Shown here one piece after another: positions 1 to 12,771 of a DNA stretch of 64,000 nt. The translations under genes and the position numbers were made by a program. This stretch comes from Dehalococcoidia bacterium (GTDB lineage Bacteria > Chloroflexota > Dehalococcoidia > Bin125). The stretch's first letter is position 1; every line of letters begins with the position of its first letter. The stretch is taken from contig JAJEBU010000126.1 of NCBI GenBank assembly GCA_022822375.1, positions 2,361-66,360 of the forward strand. Direction: 5' to 3'. The notes under the pieces are model-generated. The model had not been told where the DNA came from and searched no databases. It saw nothing but the letters and a program-made list of their open reading frames with translations.

Positions 1-547
<547 letters not shown>

Positions 548-592
548 TTATCGGATGCAGCGGTTTGGGTCTGCTATGTGAATGGCGGATGA

Positions 593-627
593 CCCTCATC
601 CTGACCCGCTCCCTTAGGAGAGGGGGC
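593..627. repeat. BoxC-like palindromic extragenic element
   Basis: CCCTCATCCTGACCCGCTCCCTTAGGAGAGGGGGC: a pyrimidine-rich tail followed by the hairpin CCCGCTCC-CTTA-GGAGAGGG, just downstream of the aconitase stop. Confidence 0.5.
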
Positions 628-632
628 CGGCG

Positions 633-2900
633 CTACTGCGACGCCGCGATCTTGTTGAGCGCGCTGCCTGCCTGGAACCAGCTGATTTGCTCGTCGGTGA
701 AGGTGTGATTGACCTGCACCTCATCGGCGCTGCCGTCCTCGTGGTCGATCTTCAGCGTCAACGGACGGCCGGGCGCGAAGTCGGCCAGTCCGAGCACACT
801 CAGGCGGTCTCGCTCGCCGACGAGGTTGTAGTCGGCTGGATCAGCGAAGGTCAGCGCGAGGATGCCCTGCTTCTTGAGGTTCGTCTCGGCGATGCGGGCG
901 AATGATCGCGCGACGACCAGGTATCCGCCGCTCCAGCGAATCTCCATGGAGGCGTGCTCGCGGCTCGATCCTTCGCCGTAGTTTTCGTCGCCCACCGCAG
1001 CCCAGCGGATGCCGGCGTCCTTGTAGCCGCGCGCGACCTCGTTGATTGGCTGGTCTGCCTGGCCGGTGATCTGGTTCAGGGTCGTGCCGGTGCCGTCCGT
1101 GAACGCATTCACTCCGCCACTGAACAGGTTGCCCGAGATGTTCTCGAGATGCCCGCGGAAGCGCAGCCAGGAGCCGGCCGGCGAGATGTGATCGGTCGTC
1201 GTCTTGCCCTGCGTCTTGATCAGCACAGACAGGTACGTGTAGTCGTCGCCGTCCCATGCGGGGAACGGCGTCAGACGCTGCAAGCGTTCACTTTCGGGAC
1301 TCACGATCACGTCCACGCCACTGCCGTCCTCCGGCGGTGCGATGTAGCCCTCGTCGCCGGCGTCGAAGCCGTCGGCAGGCAACTCGTCGCCGGACGGCGC
1401 GGAGAAGCGGAACTCGCCGTCGTCAGTCGAGATCGCGTCGGCACGGGGATCGAAGCCGATCTCTCCGGCAAAAGCGGTGGCGACGACGAGTTCGGGAGAG
1501 CCGATGAAGGCCAGGGTGTTGCGGTTGGCGTCGTTGCGGCCGGGGAAGTTGCGGTTGAACGACGTGACGATCGTGTTCTGCTCGTCGCCCTCAAGGTCTG
1601 TGCGCTTCCACTGACCGATGCACGGTCCGCAGGCATTGGCGAGCACGGTCGCGCCGGCCGATTCGAAGGCATCGATCTGACCGTCGCGCTTGGTCGTGGC
1701 GCGGATCTGTTCCGAGCCCGGCGTGACCAGCAGCGGCGCGCGCAGCTCGAGGCCGGCCTCAGCGGCCTGCCGAGCGATGTTGGCCGCGCGGCTCATGTCC
1801 TCGTACGACGAGTTCGTGCATGAGCCGATCAGCGCATTCGTCACGCTGAGCGGGTACTCCTGGTCGTCCATGAACTGACGAATCTCGGCGACGGTGTTGC
1901 GCAGATCGGGTGTGTGCGGTCCGACCCAAGCCGGCTCCAGTTCGGACAGGTCGATCTCGATCACGCGGTCGAAGATCTCGTGGCGCGCATCCGCGACGCC
2001 GTCGTCGGCACGCAAGTGCTCGGCGTTTGCCTGGGCCAGGTCAGCGATGCCAGCGCGTCCGGTGCTGCGCAGATAGTCGGCGGTGCGGCGGTCGAATGGG
2101 AAGAGCGAGGTGGTCGCGCCGATTTCGGCGCCCATGTTGGTCACCGTGCCGCGGCCGGTTGCGCTCATCGAGTCGAGGCCTGGTCCGAAGTACTCGACGA
2201 TCGCGCCGGTGCCACCCTTGACCGTGAGTTCGTCGGCGACACGCAGGATGACGTCTTTGGGCGCGGTCCAACCGTCCAGCTGGCCAGTCAAATGGACGCC
2301 GATCAGACGCGGCATCGTCACGCCCCAACCGAGGCCGGCCATCACATCGACCGCGTCGGCGCCGCCGACGCCGATCGCGATCATGCCCATCCCGCCAGCG
2401 TTTGGCGTGTGAGAGTCAGTGCCGATCATCATCCCGCCGGGAAAGGCGTAGTTCTCGAAGACGACCTGGTGGATGATGCCCGAGCCGGGCTTCCAGAATC
2501 CCGCGCCGTAGCGGGCCGCAGCCGAGCGCAGGAACTCGTAGACTTCCTCATTCTCGGAGACGGCGGTGGACAGGTCCTCGTCCGCCCCGGCGAACGCCTG
2601 GATCAGGTGGTCGCAGTGGACCGTCGTCGGCACGACGACGCGCTGCAGGCCGGCCAGCTCGAACTGCAATAGCGCCATTTGCGCCGTCGCGTCCTGCAGC
2701 GCGACGCGGTCTGGTTGCAGCGCGGCATGGTCGACTCCGCGCTCGATCGGCTGGTTCGCCGGATCGGTGAAGTGACCGAAGAGGATCTTCTCGGCGAGCG
2801 TCAGCGGACGGTCGATCCGCCGGCGGGCGACATCAATGCCGTCGCGGAGCTTGGCGTAGGCGGCGTCGATCCGCTGCAGGGCGTCGGGTTCGTGGGCCAT
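633..2900 (-). CDS. acnA: aconitate hydratase (mitochondrial-type, 755 aa)
   Basis: QDATAQMALLQF, HCDHLI, DSHTPN, IGSCTNSSYED, NACGPCIGQW, TTTDHIS and NYGEGSSREH motifs. Confidence 0.95.
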   Translation of the reverse strand: MAHEPDALQRIDAAYAKLRDGIDVARRRIDRPLTLAEKILFGHFTDPANQPIERGVDHAALQPDRVALQDATAQMALLQFELAGLQRVVVPTTVHCDHLIQAFAGADEDLSTAVSENEEVYEFLRSAAARYGAGFWKPGSGIIHQVVFENYAFPGGMMIGTDSHTPNAGGMGMIAIGVGGADAVDVMAGLGWGVTMPRLIGVHLTGQLDGWTAPKDVILRVADELTVKGGTGAIVEYFGPGLDSMSATGRGTVTNMGAEIGATTSLFPFDRRTADYLRSTGRAGIADLAQANAEHLRADDGVADARHEIFDRVIEIDLSELEPAWVGPHTPDLRNTVAEIRQFMDDQEYPLSVTNALIGSCTNSSYEDMSRAANIARQAAEAGLELRAPLLVTPGSEQIRATTKRDGQIDAFESAGATVLANACGPCIGQWKRTDLEGDEQNTIVTSFNRNFPGRNDANRNTLAFIGSPELVVATAFAGEIGFDPRADAISTDDGEFRFSAPSGDELPADGFDAGDEGYIAPPEDGSGVDVIVSPESERLQRLTPFPAWDGDDYTYLSVLIKTQGKTTTDHISPAGSWLRFRGHLENISGNLFSGGVNAFTDGTGTTLNQITGQADQPINEVARGYKDAGIRWAAVGDENYGEGSSREHASMEIRWSGGYLVVARSFARIAETNLKKQGILALTFADPADYNLVGERDRLSVLGLADFAPGRPLTLKIDHEDGSADEVQVNHTFTDEQISWFQAGSALNKIAASQ

Positions 2901-2953
2901 GTCGTGATCCAGTTCGCTGCGTTCACCGCTGGGATCCGGCAGGTCGGACCGGA

Positions 2954-4540
<1,587 letters not shown>

Positions 4541-4671
4541 GCGTCACCTGTCACTTCTGCTGACGTCATCCGCCTGACGGCCACTCGACAGAATGTGAGG
4601 CTACTACAGCGCGTGCGGAGCGGACAATCAAGCGGGATCCCGATGGGGATCATCATGCGCTGAACCGGCGA

Positions 4672-5340
4672 TCAGCCAGGCGGTTCGGATGAGCCGGTTT
4701 CCTCCGCCGCGCCTTCCCCCTCCACCTGCTCTGGCTCTGGATCGGGCGGCGGCGGGATGATCAACGTTTGCCCCACCTGGAGATTGCCGGCCTGCGCTTC
4801 GGTCAAGCCGTTGTAGCTCATCAGATCGGTCCAGCTGAAGCCGAAGGCCGCTCCGATCTCGGCCAGCGTGTCGCCCGGCTCGACGATGTAGACCTCGCCA
4901 GGCGGCTGGACAGGATCGGCTGCTTCGGCTGGTTCGGCGGTCGTCTGGGGCGCGGCGACGCCGCATCCGCCCTCGCGGATCGGGATGCGCAGCTCCTGCC
5001 CGATGCTCAGCGACGCCACATCGACGATGTTATTGAGGCGCTGAACCTCCGCCAGGGTGATGCAAAACCCGTCCGCGATCCCGGCCAGCGTGTCGCCCGG
5101 CTGCACGACGTAGATGGTCTCCGTGATCTCCGGTTCCTCGATCGTGATCTCATCGCGGAACAGGTACGGAGCGGGCAGTGGATCGGGCAGGGCTTCGACC
5201 GGGTACGATTCGGCGCCGGCGGACGATTCTGCCGCGCCCGTTGCGCCGCCCGCGTCAGCGGCAGGATCGGCGCTCCCGCTGCAGGACGAGGCCAGCAGCG
5301 CCAGGGTCAAGATGAGCGTTGCAGTCAGCAGGCGGTTCAC
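4672..5340 (-). CDS. lipoprotein with two LysM domains
   Basis: Lipobox-like LLASSC; YVVQPGDTL...LSIGQELRIP and YIVEPGDTL...LQVGQTLIIP. Confidence 0.88.
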   Translation of the reverse strand: MNRLLTATLILTLALLASSCSGSADPAADAGGATGAAESSAGAESYPVEALPDPLPAPYLFRDEITIEEPEITETIYVVQPGDTLAGIADGFCITLAEVQRLNNIVDVASLSIGQELRIPIREGGCGVAAPQTTAEPAEAADPVQPPGEVYIVEPGDTLAEIGAAFGFSWTDLMSYNGLTEAQAGNLQVGQTLIIPPPPDPEPEQVEGEGAAEETGSSEPPG

Positions 5341-5373
5341 AGGACACAGTGTCGCACGCGGACGGAATCCGGG

Positions 5374-6837
5374 TTACTCGCCACAGGACAGCGGAGGGGT
5401 GATCTCAGCGCCCGCGCGATCCAGCAGACAGGCGAGGATGCCGTGGTTCAGCTCGCCGATCTCGCGAAAGAGCGGCCAGTTGACGTTGTCGAGATTGTCG
5501 GCTGGTGTGTGCAGCACCGCGCCGGGTGGGAACACGAACACGACCGGCACGCCCGCTTGCGCAAACGGGCTGTGGTCGGAACCGAGATAGCGCGGCAGCG
5601 CGCCGGTTGCAGCATCGACACCCTGCTGCGTCGCGACGGCGGCGGTGAGCGTCTGAAGCGCCGGGGACGCGATGATCTGGATGGGGCGGACGCCGTCGCC
5701 AATCGCATCGAGGTTGAGCATGGCCGTCACCGATTCGAGCCAGCCCGGTAACGCGGTCAGGTGCAACGAACCATGCAGACCGAGTTCTTCAGCGCCGAAA
5801 CCGATGAAGCAGATGTCAAGAGCAGCTGGATGAGGAGTCCAGATCTCAGCGAGCGCCAGAGTCAGCGCGGCGCCCGATCCATTGTCGTTGGCCCCAGCAA
5901 CGCCTGGGACGGTGTCGTAGTGGCCGCCGACCACGACGCGGCACTCGCCGCCCGGCTTGCGGGCAATCACGTTCTGCGAAGCACCACTGGCCGGCGCTGC
6001 CGCAGGGATGCTGAGTTCGGCGCCGTCCACCAGTCGGAGGGCGCGGCCGTCTGCGGTGGAGACGTGCAGGACGGGAATCGCGCTGGTATCGCCGCCAAAC
6101 GTCCCGCCGATGCTCTGGGCCGCCGTCTCATTGGCGATGATCAGCGCTGCCGCGCCGGCCGCCTCGGCGTGAACAGCCTTGGCGCGAAACTCGATGACGC
6201 CGCGCCGCACGATCACGATGGCGCCGTCGACGTCGAAGCCTGCGTAGTCCGCAGGCTCGCCGAAGCCGGGTACCACGACGACGGGTCCGCTGGCCGCATC
6301 TCTGGAGGCGCCGGGAAACAGGAAGCCGACGGCTGGCTCGCGATTGGGCAGTGGGATCGGCGTGAACGTCGCCGCATTGACAAAGTCGAACTCCTGCAGC
6401 TCGACCTCATAGCCAAGTTCGGTGAAGACCTCGGCCATGTACTCGGCCGCGATGCGCTCCTGATCAGTGGCCGACGCTCTCGGCCCGAGGACTCCTGCGA
6501 TGTGTTCGAGATAGGACTCGGCGACGGCGAAGTCGAACGGAGGCGCGAGCTTCGCTTCAGCTGGGGCAGGCTGTTCCTGCGCGACGTCGACCGGCTGCGG
6601 GGCCGCCTGCTGCGATTGCTGCTGGGTCTGCTGCTGTTGGATCAGCGTTTGTTGTGGCTGAGGGGCTTCGCTCGGCGATTCGCGGACCTGGTCTCCTCGC
6701 GGATCACTCGGCGGTGCAACGGCTTGCTGCTGATCTTGATCGGGCGGAGGTTCGGCGTCCGCGCACGCGGACGCGACGGCCACGAGCAGCACGAGGAGGA
6801 GGACGAGGCGGGTCACGATCGTCAGGGTCGCGGTCAA
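5374..6837 (-). CDS. M28 family metallopeptidase with PA domain, probable lipoprotein
   Basis: Signal ending VASAC, Gln-rich linker, PA domain (IVIVRRG...AGAAALII), GGHYD, GANDNGSG, GAEELGL, NLD, SDH, HTPAD. Confidence 0.88.
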   Translation of the reverse strand: MTATLTIVTRLVLLLVLLVAVASACADAEPPPDQDQQQAVAPPSDPRGDQVRESPSEAPQPQQTLIQQQQTQQQSQQAAPQPVDVAQEQPAPAEAKLAPPFDFAVAESYLEHIAGVLGPRASATDQERIAAEYMAEVFTELGYEVELQEFDFVNAATFTPIPLPNREPAVGFLFPGASRDAASGPVVVVPGFGEPADYAGFDVDGAIVIVRRGVIEFRAKAVHAEAAGAAALIIANETAAQSIGGTFGGDTSAIPVLHVSTADGRALRLVDGAELSIPAAAPASGASQNVIARKPGGECRVVVGGHYDTVPGVAGANDNGSGAALTLALAEIWTPHPAALDICFIGFGAEELGLHGSLHLTALPGWLESVTAMLNLDAIGDGVRPIQIIASPALQTLTAAVATQQGVDAATGALPRYLGSDHSPFAQAGVPVVFVFPPGAVLHTPADNLDNVNWPLFREIGELNHGILACLLDRAGAEITPPLSCGE

Positions 6838-7235
6838 CGGCCGCGGCGGAAGAGGCGGCGGATCGGATTCTGACTATCAGGCTCGTAACTGATATAGCGG
6901 TCGCGCCAGTAGCCGCCGCTGGGTTTGTTGGCTTTCGGATTCCCGCCGCGTGACGTCCAGACCAGGCCGATCAGAAAGATCACGATGCCGGCAATCGCCA
7001 GCCACAGCCCGCCGCCGCGCAGGATCAATCCGATGATCAACAGCCCCGCGCCAAGCAGCAGCAGGTGATTCGGTGTCAGCCCCGTCACGCGGTTCACCAG
7101 CGTCGACCCAATTCGCTGAACGGTGCGGCGAATCGGACCCGGCCTGCGCGAATGCCGCCGCCGCCAGTCAAAGTCCTCAATGTTCGACAGGACTTCTTCG
7201 ACATCCCGTTCGAGTCGGTCAGAGCCGTCCGACAT
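6834..7235 (-). CDS. hypothetical membrane protein (2 TM segments)
   Basis: GGAGGA ribosome-binding site, two hydrophobic helices, overlap with the next gene's start. Confidence 0.75.
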   Translation of the reverse strand: MSDGSDRLERDVEEVLSNIEDFDWRRRHSRRPGPIRRTVQRIGSTLVNRVTGLTPNHLLLLGAGLLIIGLILRGGGLWLAIAGIVIFLIGLVWTSRGGNPKANKPSGGYWRDRYISYEPDSQNPIRRLFRRGR

Positions 7236-7264
7236 GGTGTCCTCCGCAACCCGCAGGGTCTAGT

Positions 7265-8881
7265 TTAGCGCGGTGAGGATCGCCGCCGCGCCGCGCCCCA
7301 GCCTCCGCCGCCGGGCGTCTCGATGCGGATGATGTCGCCGGCCTCGACATCGACGGTGATCTTGCCGGGCAGGCGCCGACGTGTCGGCTTGCCGTTGGCG
7401 GTCGTGGTCTCGAGCGTGTTGCGGCCCGACTGGCCGGGTTCGCCGCCCTGCACGCCCCATGCCTGCTGTGTGCGCCGTTCCGTGATCAGCGTCACCTGCG
7501 CAGGGCCGAGGAACTGCGTGCGTCGAACCAGGCCGTGTCCGCCGCGCTGCTGGCCGCGTCCGCCGGAGCGGGGACGGATGCTGTTTTCCAACACGCGCAG
7601 CGGATAGGCCAGTTCGATCGCCTCGGCAGGCGTATTGAGCGTGTTGGTCATGTGCGAGTACGCGGCGTCGAGTCCCGGCCCATCGGGCGCGCCGCCGAGT
7701 CCGCCGCCTGACGTCTCGTAGTACGCCCACGGCTGTCCGCTGCGTGGGTCGATCCCGCCCGCGGTGAGATTGTTCATCGTGCCCGACGATGCGGCTGGCA
7801 TGCGCTCCGGCAACAGCTGATTGAACGCCCCCCAGACGGTGTCCACGATGCGCTGAGATGTCTCGACGTTGCCCGCTGCCACTGCAACTGGCGGCGATGC
7901 GGCGACCACCGAGTGCTCGGGCAGGGTGAATGTGATCGGTCGGAAGAGTCCGCCGTTCATCGGCGTCTCGGGCGGCAGCAGGCAGCGAATCACGTAGTAG
8001 CAGGCAGAGCGCGTGACTGGGGCGACTGCATTGATCGACGCTGCACGCTGCGGAGCGCTGTCCGAGAAATCGAAGTGAACAAGGTCCTCGGCAATCGATA
8101 GTCGCAGCCGAATCGGAACCGGCTCGGGCGTATGGCCGTCGTCGTCGAGCGAGTCTTCGAACGTCCAGGTCCCGAATGGCAGCTTGGCGAGCTGTGCTCG
8201 CGTCAGCCGTTCGCCGTAATCGAGCAGCGCCGCCGCGGTCTGGACGTAGCGGACGTCTCCGTAGTCGGCATGCAGATCGGCGATGCGCCGCTCTCCGAGT
8301 CGTTGAGCCGCGATCTGGGCGTTGAAGTCGCCGCGCCGTTCGTCGGGCGTGCGGACATTGCGCAAGATCAGGGTGAGCGCCTCTTCGACCAGCTCGCCGG
8401 CGCGGAAGAGGCGAATCGGCGGGATCACGATGCCTTCCTGAATCAGCTCGCGCGCGACGGGCATGGAGCCGGGCGCCATGCCGCCGATATCCGCTTGGTG
8501 CGCACGGCTGGCGACGTATCCGATCGGGTCGTCGCCGTCCGCCGCGTCATGTGCGAAGACTGGCGAGACCATCGTGACGTCGGGCAGATGCGTGCCGCCC
8601 AGGAACGGATCGTTGAGAATGGCCAGGTCGCCCGGCTGCCACGGAGCGAGTAGAGCGACGGCGCTGACCGACTCGGGCATGGCGCCGAGATGCACGGGAA
8701 TGTGCGCCGCCTGCGCGAGCAGCTGACCCTCTCGGTCGAAGACGGCGCAGGAGAAGTCCGCGCGCTCTTTGATGTTGGGCGACAGCGCCGTATGACGCAG
8801 CGTGGCGCCCATCTCCTCTGCAATCGAGCTGACCAGGGAGTCGAAAATGGCCAGCCGGGCCGGGTCAACGTTGACAGCCAT
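7265..8881 (-). CDS. hydantoinase B / 5-oxoprolinase subunit
   Basis: [41 protein letters not shown]; start moved to the ATG of MAVNVDP. Confidence 0.9.
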   Translation of the reverse strand: MAVNVDPARLAIFDSLVSSIAEEMGATLRHTALSPNIKERADFSCAVFDREGQLLAQAAHIPVHLGAMPESVSAVALLAPWQPGDLAILNDPFLGGTHLPDVTMVSPVFAHDAADGDDPIGYVASRAHQADIGGMAPGSMPVARELIQEGIVIPPIRLFRAGELVEEALTLILRNVRTPDERRGDFNAQIAAQRLGERRIADLHADYGDVRYVQTAAALLDYGERLTRAQLAKLPFGTWTFEDSLDDDGHTPEPVPIRLRLSIAEDLVHFDFSDSAPQRAASINAVAPVTRSACYYVIRCLLPPETPMNGGLFRPITFTLPEHSVVAASPPVAVAAGNVETSQRIVDTVWGAFNQLLPERMPAASSGTMNNLTAGGIDPRSGQPWAYYETSGGGLGGAPDGPGLDAAYSHMTNTLNTPAEAIELAYPLRVLENSIRPRSGGRGQQRGGHGLVRRTQFLGPAQVTLITERRTQQAWGVQGGEPGQSGRNTLETTTANGKPTRRRLPGKITVDVEAGDIIRIETPGGGGWGAARRRSSPR

Positions 8882-8883
8882 CG

Positions 8884-10908
8884 CTAGCCCTCTCCCGTAC
8901 GTGTGAGCAGCAAACTGCCCGTCGGCAACGGCTCTGCGCGCCAGCCTGGCGGCACGGTCACCGTCGTGTCGAGTTGGGTGATGATTGCCGGTCCCGCAAG
9001 CCGCGAGGTCAGCGCATCGCGCGCCAGCACGGTCGTCGGGCGGCTTCGATCCCATCTGACGTCGATCGTGCGCGGAGCAGTCTGCTCAGCGGCCTGGCTC
9101 ACGCTCATGTCGCCCTGGAAGCCCGCATGACGAGCCTTCGTTCGTGCGGTCACGACTTCGACTGCGGCGTCGGGCGAAGAGAATCCGAAGCGCTCGGCGT
9201 GCGCCTCGTGGAAAGCTGACCGAACGACCTCAGCGTGGAGGCCTGCGTCCAATGCCACGGTCAACTCGTGTGACTGTCCCTGGTAGCGCAGGTCAGCCGC
9301 GAACTCGACCGTCACGTCTGCTTCATAACCATCCTCTGCGAGTGCGCGGCGCGCGTGGCCGGCGAGCGCATCGAAGGCGCCATCGAGCACGGGAACTGCG
9401 CCCGCCGCGTCGGTGGCGATGGACAGATGAAGTCCCTGTTCGGCGTCGCGCGTGATGTCGGCGATGAGCATGCCCGAGGCGGAGAGAACGCCGGGCGCGG
9501 GCGGGATCAACGCCTGCGGCACACCGACGGCGTCGGCCAGGTCGCAGGCGTGCAGCGGACCGGCTCCTCCGAAGGCGACCAGCGTGAAGCGGGCAGGATC
9601 GTAGCCGCGCTCAACGGAGATAACGCGCAGCGCGCGCGCCATGTTTGAGTTGACCACATCGATGATCGCCTGCGCCGCAGCCTCGACGCTGCCAAACGGC
9701 TCGGCGACGGACGCGATCGCGCGCCGCGCACGCTCAACGTCCAGCGACACCGTTCCGCCGAGTTGCTGCTCGGGCCGCAGACGTCCGAGTACGACATGCG
9801 CGTCGGTCACAGTCGGCACGGTGCTGCGGCCGTAGGCAGCGGGGCCCGGCAGGGCGCCTGCCGATTGCGGACCGACCCTGAGCGCGCCGCCAGGATCGAA
9901 CCAGGCGATGGAACCGCCGCCCGCTCCGACGGTGTGCAGGTCAACGGCTGGCGTGCGGATCGGCATGTCGTCGACCAGCAGGTCAGTGCGTTCCAGCAAG
10001 CGACCAGGGCAGAGCGCGACATCAGCGGAGGTGCCGCCCATGTCGAAGGTGATCGCCTGCGGGAAGCCGTCGGTCTCGGCCGCGGCGAACGCGCCGGCGA
10101 CGCCGCCGGCTGGGCCAGAGAGCACGGTGCGCACGGCGTTGCGTCCGGCCGAGGCGGCGGACAGCGATCCGCCGTTGGACTGCATCACTCGCAGGCGCGG
10201 CGAGGATGCGACGCCGTCCTCCAGCCGCGCTGCCAGGCTGTCGAGATACTGGGTCATGACCGGCGCCAGGTACGCGTTGGCTGCCGTGGTGCTCAAGCGC
10301 TCGAACTCGCGGTGCTGGGGCAGAATGTCGTGCGAGGCGGAGACGCTCAGGCCGCGCGCGCGCGCCGCGTCTGCAGCGGTCTGTTCATGCTCAGGATTGA
10401 TAAAGCTGAACAGAAAGCAGATGGCGACGCTATCGACGCCCGTTGCCTCGATCTGGTCGAGGACCACTTCGAGCTCGCGCCGATCTAATGGCGTCAGGAC
10501 CTCGCCGTCCGCCGATACCCGCTCGTCCACCTCGAAACTCAGCCGCTGGGGGATCAAGGGCGGGTGACGCTCGGGATGGAGCGCGTACAAATCTGGTCGG
10601 GCCTGGCGGCCGATCGCGAGGGTGTCGCGAAAGCCCTTCGTGGTGATCAGAGCAGTCGGCGCTCCCGTCCGGGTGAGCAGCGTGTTGGTCGCGACGGTCG
10701 ATCCGTGTACGACCTCCTCGGGCGTCCAGCCGAACTCCGCCAGACCGCTCACGATGGCACGACCGGGATCGTCTGGCGTCGACGGGCGCTTGGCGATCTG
10801 GACCCCGTCTTCGTTCAGGTAGACAAAGTCGGTGAATGTGCCGCCGACATCAACGCCGAGCAGTCTGGCCACACGGCTGGTGGGTTCGCGGGCAGGTTGG
10901 CTGGGCAT
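8884..10908 (-). CDS. hydantoinase A / 5-oxoprolinase ATP-binding subunit
   Basis: DVGGTFTD, HGSTVATN, LSGPAGG, FDMGGTSADV, GAGGGS, FGGAGPLHA; start moved to the ATG of MPSQP. Confidence 0.9.
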   Translation of the reverse strand: MPSQPAREPTSRVARLLGVDVGGTFTDFVYLNEDGVQIAKRPSTPDDPGRAIVSGLAEFGWTPEEVVHGSTVATNTLLTRTGAPTALITTKGFRDTLAIGRQARPDLYALHPERHPPLIPQRLSFEVDERVSADGEVLTPLDRRELEVVLDQIEATGVDSVAICFLFSFINPEHEQTAADAARARGLSVSASHDILPQHREFERLSTTAANAYLAPVMTQYLDSLAARLEDGVASSPRLRVMQSNGGSLSAASAGRNAVRTVLSGPAGGVAGAFAAAETDGFPQAITFDMGGTSADVALCPGRLLERTDLLVDDMPIRTPAVDLHTVGAGGGSIAWFDPGGALRVGPQSAGALPGPAAYGRSTVPTVTDAHVVLGRLRPEQQLGGTVSLDVERARRAIASVAEPFGSVEAAAQAIIDVVNSNMARALRVISVERGYDPARFTLVAFGGAGPLHACDLADAVGVPQALIPPAPGVLSASGMLIADITRDAEQGLHLSIATDAAGAVPVLDGAFDALAGHARRALAEDGYEADVTVEFAADLRYQGQSHELTVALDAGLHAEVVRSAFHEAHAERFGFSSPDAAVEVVTARTKARHAGFQGDMSVSQAAEQTAPRTIDVRWDRSRPTTVLARDALTSRLAGPAIITQLDTTVTVPPGWRAEPLPTGSLLLTRTGEG

Positions 10909-11028
10909 GTTGGCAGTGTATGGCGTACCACTGAACGCTTGATCGCCTGTAGGCGCGGCCATAGCGTCAACGGAACTGGCCGATACCCTGCGCAATGCAG
11001 GACTTCTGCGATTGGGATGGATGATCAC

Positions 11029-11694
11029 ATGTCTGACGCCGCTGAGTTGGTGCTGCAAGCGGAAACGCGCGCAGTGATGGGCAAGAAGGTCAAGCAACTG
11101 CGGCGCGACGGGCTCGTGCCCGCCAATGTGTACGGTCGCAACCAGGAGTCGCGCGCGATCCAGGCGCCGCTGGCCGAGATTTCCCGTGTCTTCGGCGCCG
11201 TCGACCGCAACTCGGTGGTCACCATGTCCATCGACGGGGCGTCGGACACGATTCCGGTCGTGCTGCGCGAGATTCAGCGCCATCCGGTGACGCGCAACCT
11301 GCTGCACCTCGATTTCTACCAGGTCGACCTGACCCGCGCGATCCACTCGGAGGCGCGGCTCGTACTGGTCGGCGACGCGGAGGCGGAGAGCAAGGGCGGC
11401 ACGGTCGTGCAGTCGCTGGAACTGATCATGCTCGAGGCGCTGCCGACGGATATGCCCTCATCGGTCGAGGTCGATATCTCAGTCTTGACCGAGTTCGGGC
11501 AATCGGTGCTGATCCGAGACCTGACTCTGCCCGATGGTGTGGCGGCGTTGACGGACGATACGGTCGCTGTGGCCACCGCACTCGCGCCGCGTGTCGCCGA
11601 AGAGGATGAAGAAGCGGCCGACGAGCTGGATCTCGAAGGCGTCGAGGGCGAAGAGGGCGAGGCCGCCGAGCCGGGCGACGGCTCGGAAGAGTAG
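11029..11694 (+). CDS. rplY: 50S ribosomal protein bL25 (Ctc form)
   Basis: LRRDGLVPANVYG, IQRHPV...LHLDFY, C-terminal beta domain and acidic tail. Confidence 0.92.
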   Translation: MSDAAELVLQAETRAVMGKKVKQLRRDGLVPANVYGRNQESRAIQAPLAEISRVFGAVDRNSVVTMSIDGASDTIPVVLREIQRHPVTRNLLHLDFYQVDLTRAIHSEARLVLVGDAEAESKGGTVVQSLELIMLEALPTDMPSSVEVDISVLTEFGQSVLIRDLTLPDGVAALTDDTVAVATALAPRVAEEDEEAADELDLEGVEGEEGEAAEPGDGSEE

Positions 11695-11697
11695 CGC

Positions 11698-12771
11698 TCA
11701 GCCGCTGTCCGAACGACCCGTATCTGAACGGCGCACGCGGTCTCCGCGCAGCTGTCCACAGGCGGCGGCGATGTCGCTGCCCTGTTCCACTCGGATGGTC
11801 ACGGGCACGTTTCGATCTTGCAGCGCCTGCTGGAATCCCAACACCGAGCGTCGCGACGGTCGGCGGCCCACGACGCCCGGCGACGGATTGAGTGGGATCA
11901 GGTTCACATGCGCCCGCAGACCGCGCAGACGGTCGGCGAGCCGGCGCGCGTGCGCACGGCTGTCGTTGACTCCGTCGAGCAGAACGTACTCGAAAGTGAC
12001 GCGCCCGCCGGTCGCGTCGCCATGATCGCGGACGGCGTCGATGATCTCGTCCAGCGAGGCGCCATCGACGGGCACGAGCTCTCGGCGCAGCTGCGGATCG
12101 GGCGCATGCAGGGAGACGGCCAGATTGACGCGCGGGTGGTCGATGGCCAGGCGTCGGATGTTCGTCGCGATGCCAACGGTGGACACGGTGATCCGGCGCG
12201 GGGACAACCCGAAGCCGTCGGGATCGGTGAGGCGGGCGATGGCCTCGCTGAGGCGCGGATAGTTGGCGAGCGGCTCGCCCATCCCCATGAACACGACGTT
12301 CGTGAGATCGCGGCCCTCGTCGCGCGCCCAGGCGCGGGCCAGGATCGCCTGACGCAGAATCTCGCCGACCGTTAGCTGCCGCCGCAGCCCCTGCAACCCC
12401 GTGGCACAGAACACGCAGCCCATGGCGCAGCCCGCTTGCGACGAGATGCACACCGTATCGCGCGGCGCAGATCGGATCAGCACGGTTTCAATCAACTCAC
12501 CGTCGGACAGCGCGATCAGCGCCTTGCTGGTGGATCCATCCGCCGACGTTTGGACTTGCACGGGGTCATCGAGCGGTCCGCCGCTCGCCTGCGACAGCTG
12601 ACGGCGCAGATCGGTTGGCAGATCGGTCATCTGCAACGGATCGAGCACGCCGCGCTCATAGATCTGGCGCCAAATCTGCCGACTGCGGTAGGCGGGCTGG
12701 TTGATCGATTCGACGAGCGCCGCCAGCGCCTCGCGGTCAAGCTCCAACAGGTCGACGGCGCCCTCAGTCAT
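11698..12771 (-). CDS. rlmN: 23S rRNA/tRNA m2A methyltransferase RlmN
   Basis: CISSQAGCAMGCVFCATG, NVVFMGMGEP, EYVLL, DIAAACGQL. Confidence 0.95.
   Translation of the reverse strand: MTEGAVDLLELDREALAALVESINQPAYRSRQIWRQIYERGVLDPLQMTDLPTDLRRQLSQASGGPLDDPVQVQTSADGSTSKALIALSDGELIETVLIRSAPRDTVCISSQAGCAMGCVFCATGLQGLRRQLTVGEILRQAILARAWARDEGRDLTNVVFMGMGEPLANYPRLSEAIARLTDPDGFGLSPRRITVSTVGIATNIRRLAIDHPRVNLAVSLHAPDPQLRRELVPVDGASLDEIIDAVRDHGDATGGRVTFEYVLLDGVNDSRAHARRLADRLRGLRAHVNLIPLNPSPGVVGRRPSRRSVLGFQQALQDRNVPVTIRVEQGSDIAAACGQLRGDRVRRSDTGRSDSG

Noticed and set aside
6588-6735. CTG/CAG-rich stretch as a nucleotide repeat element
   Set aside because: It encodes the Gln-rich linker of the M28 lipoprotein with mixed codons
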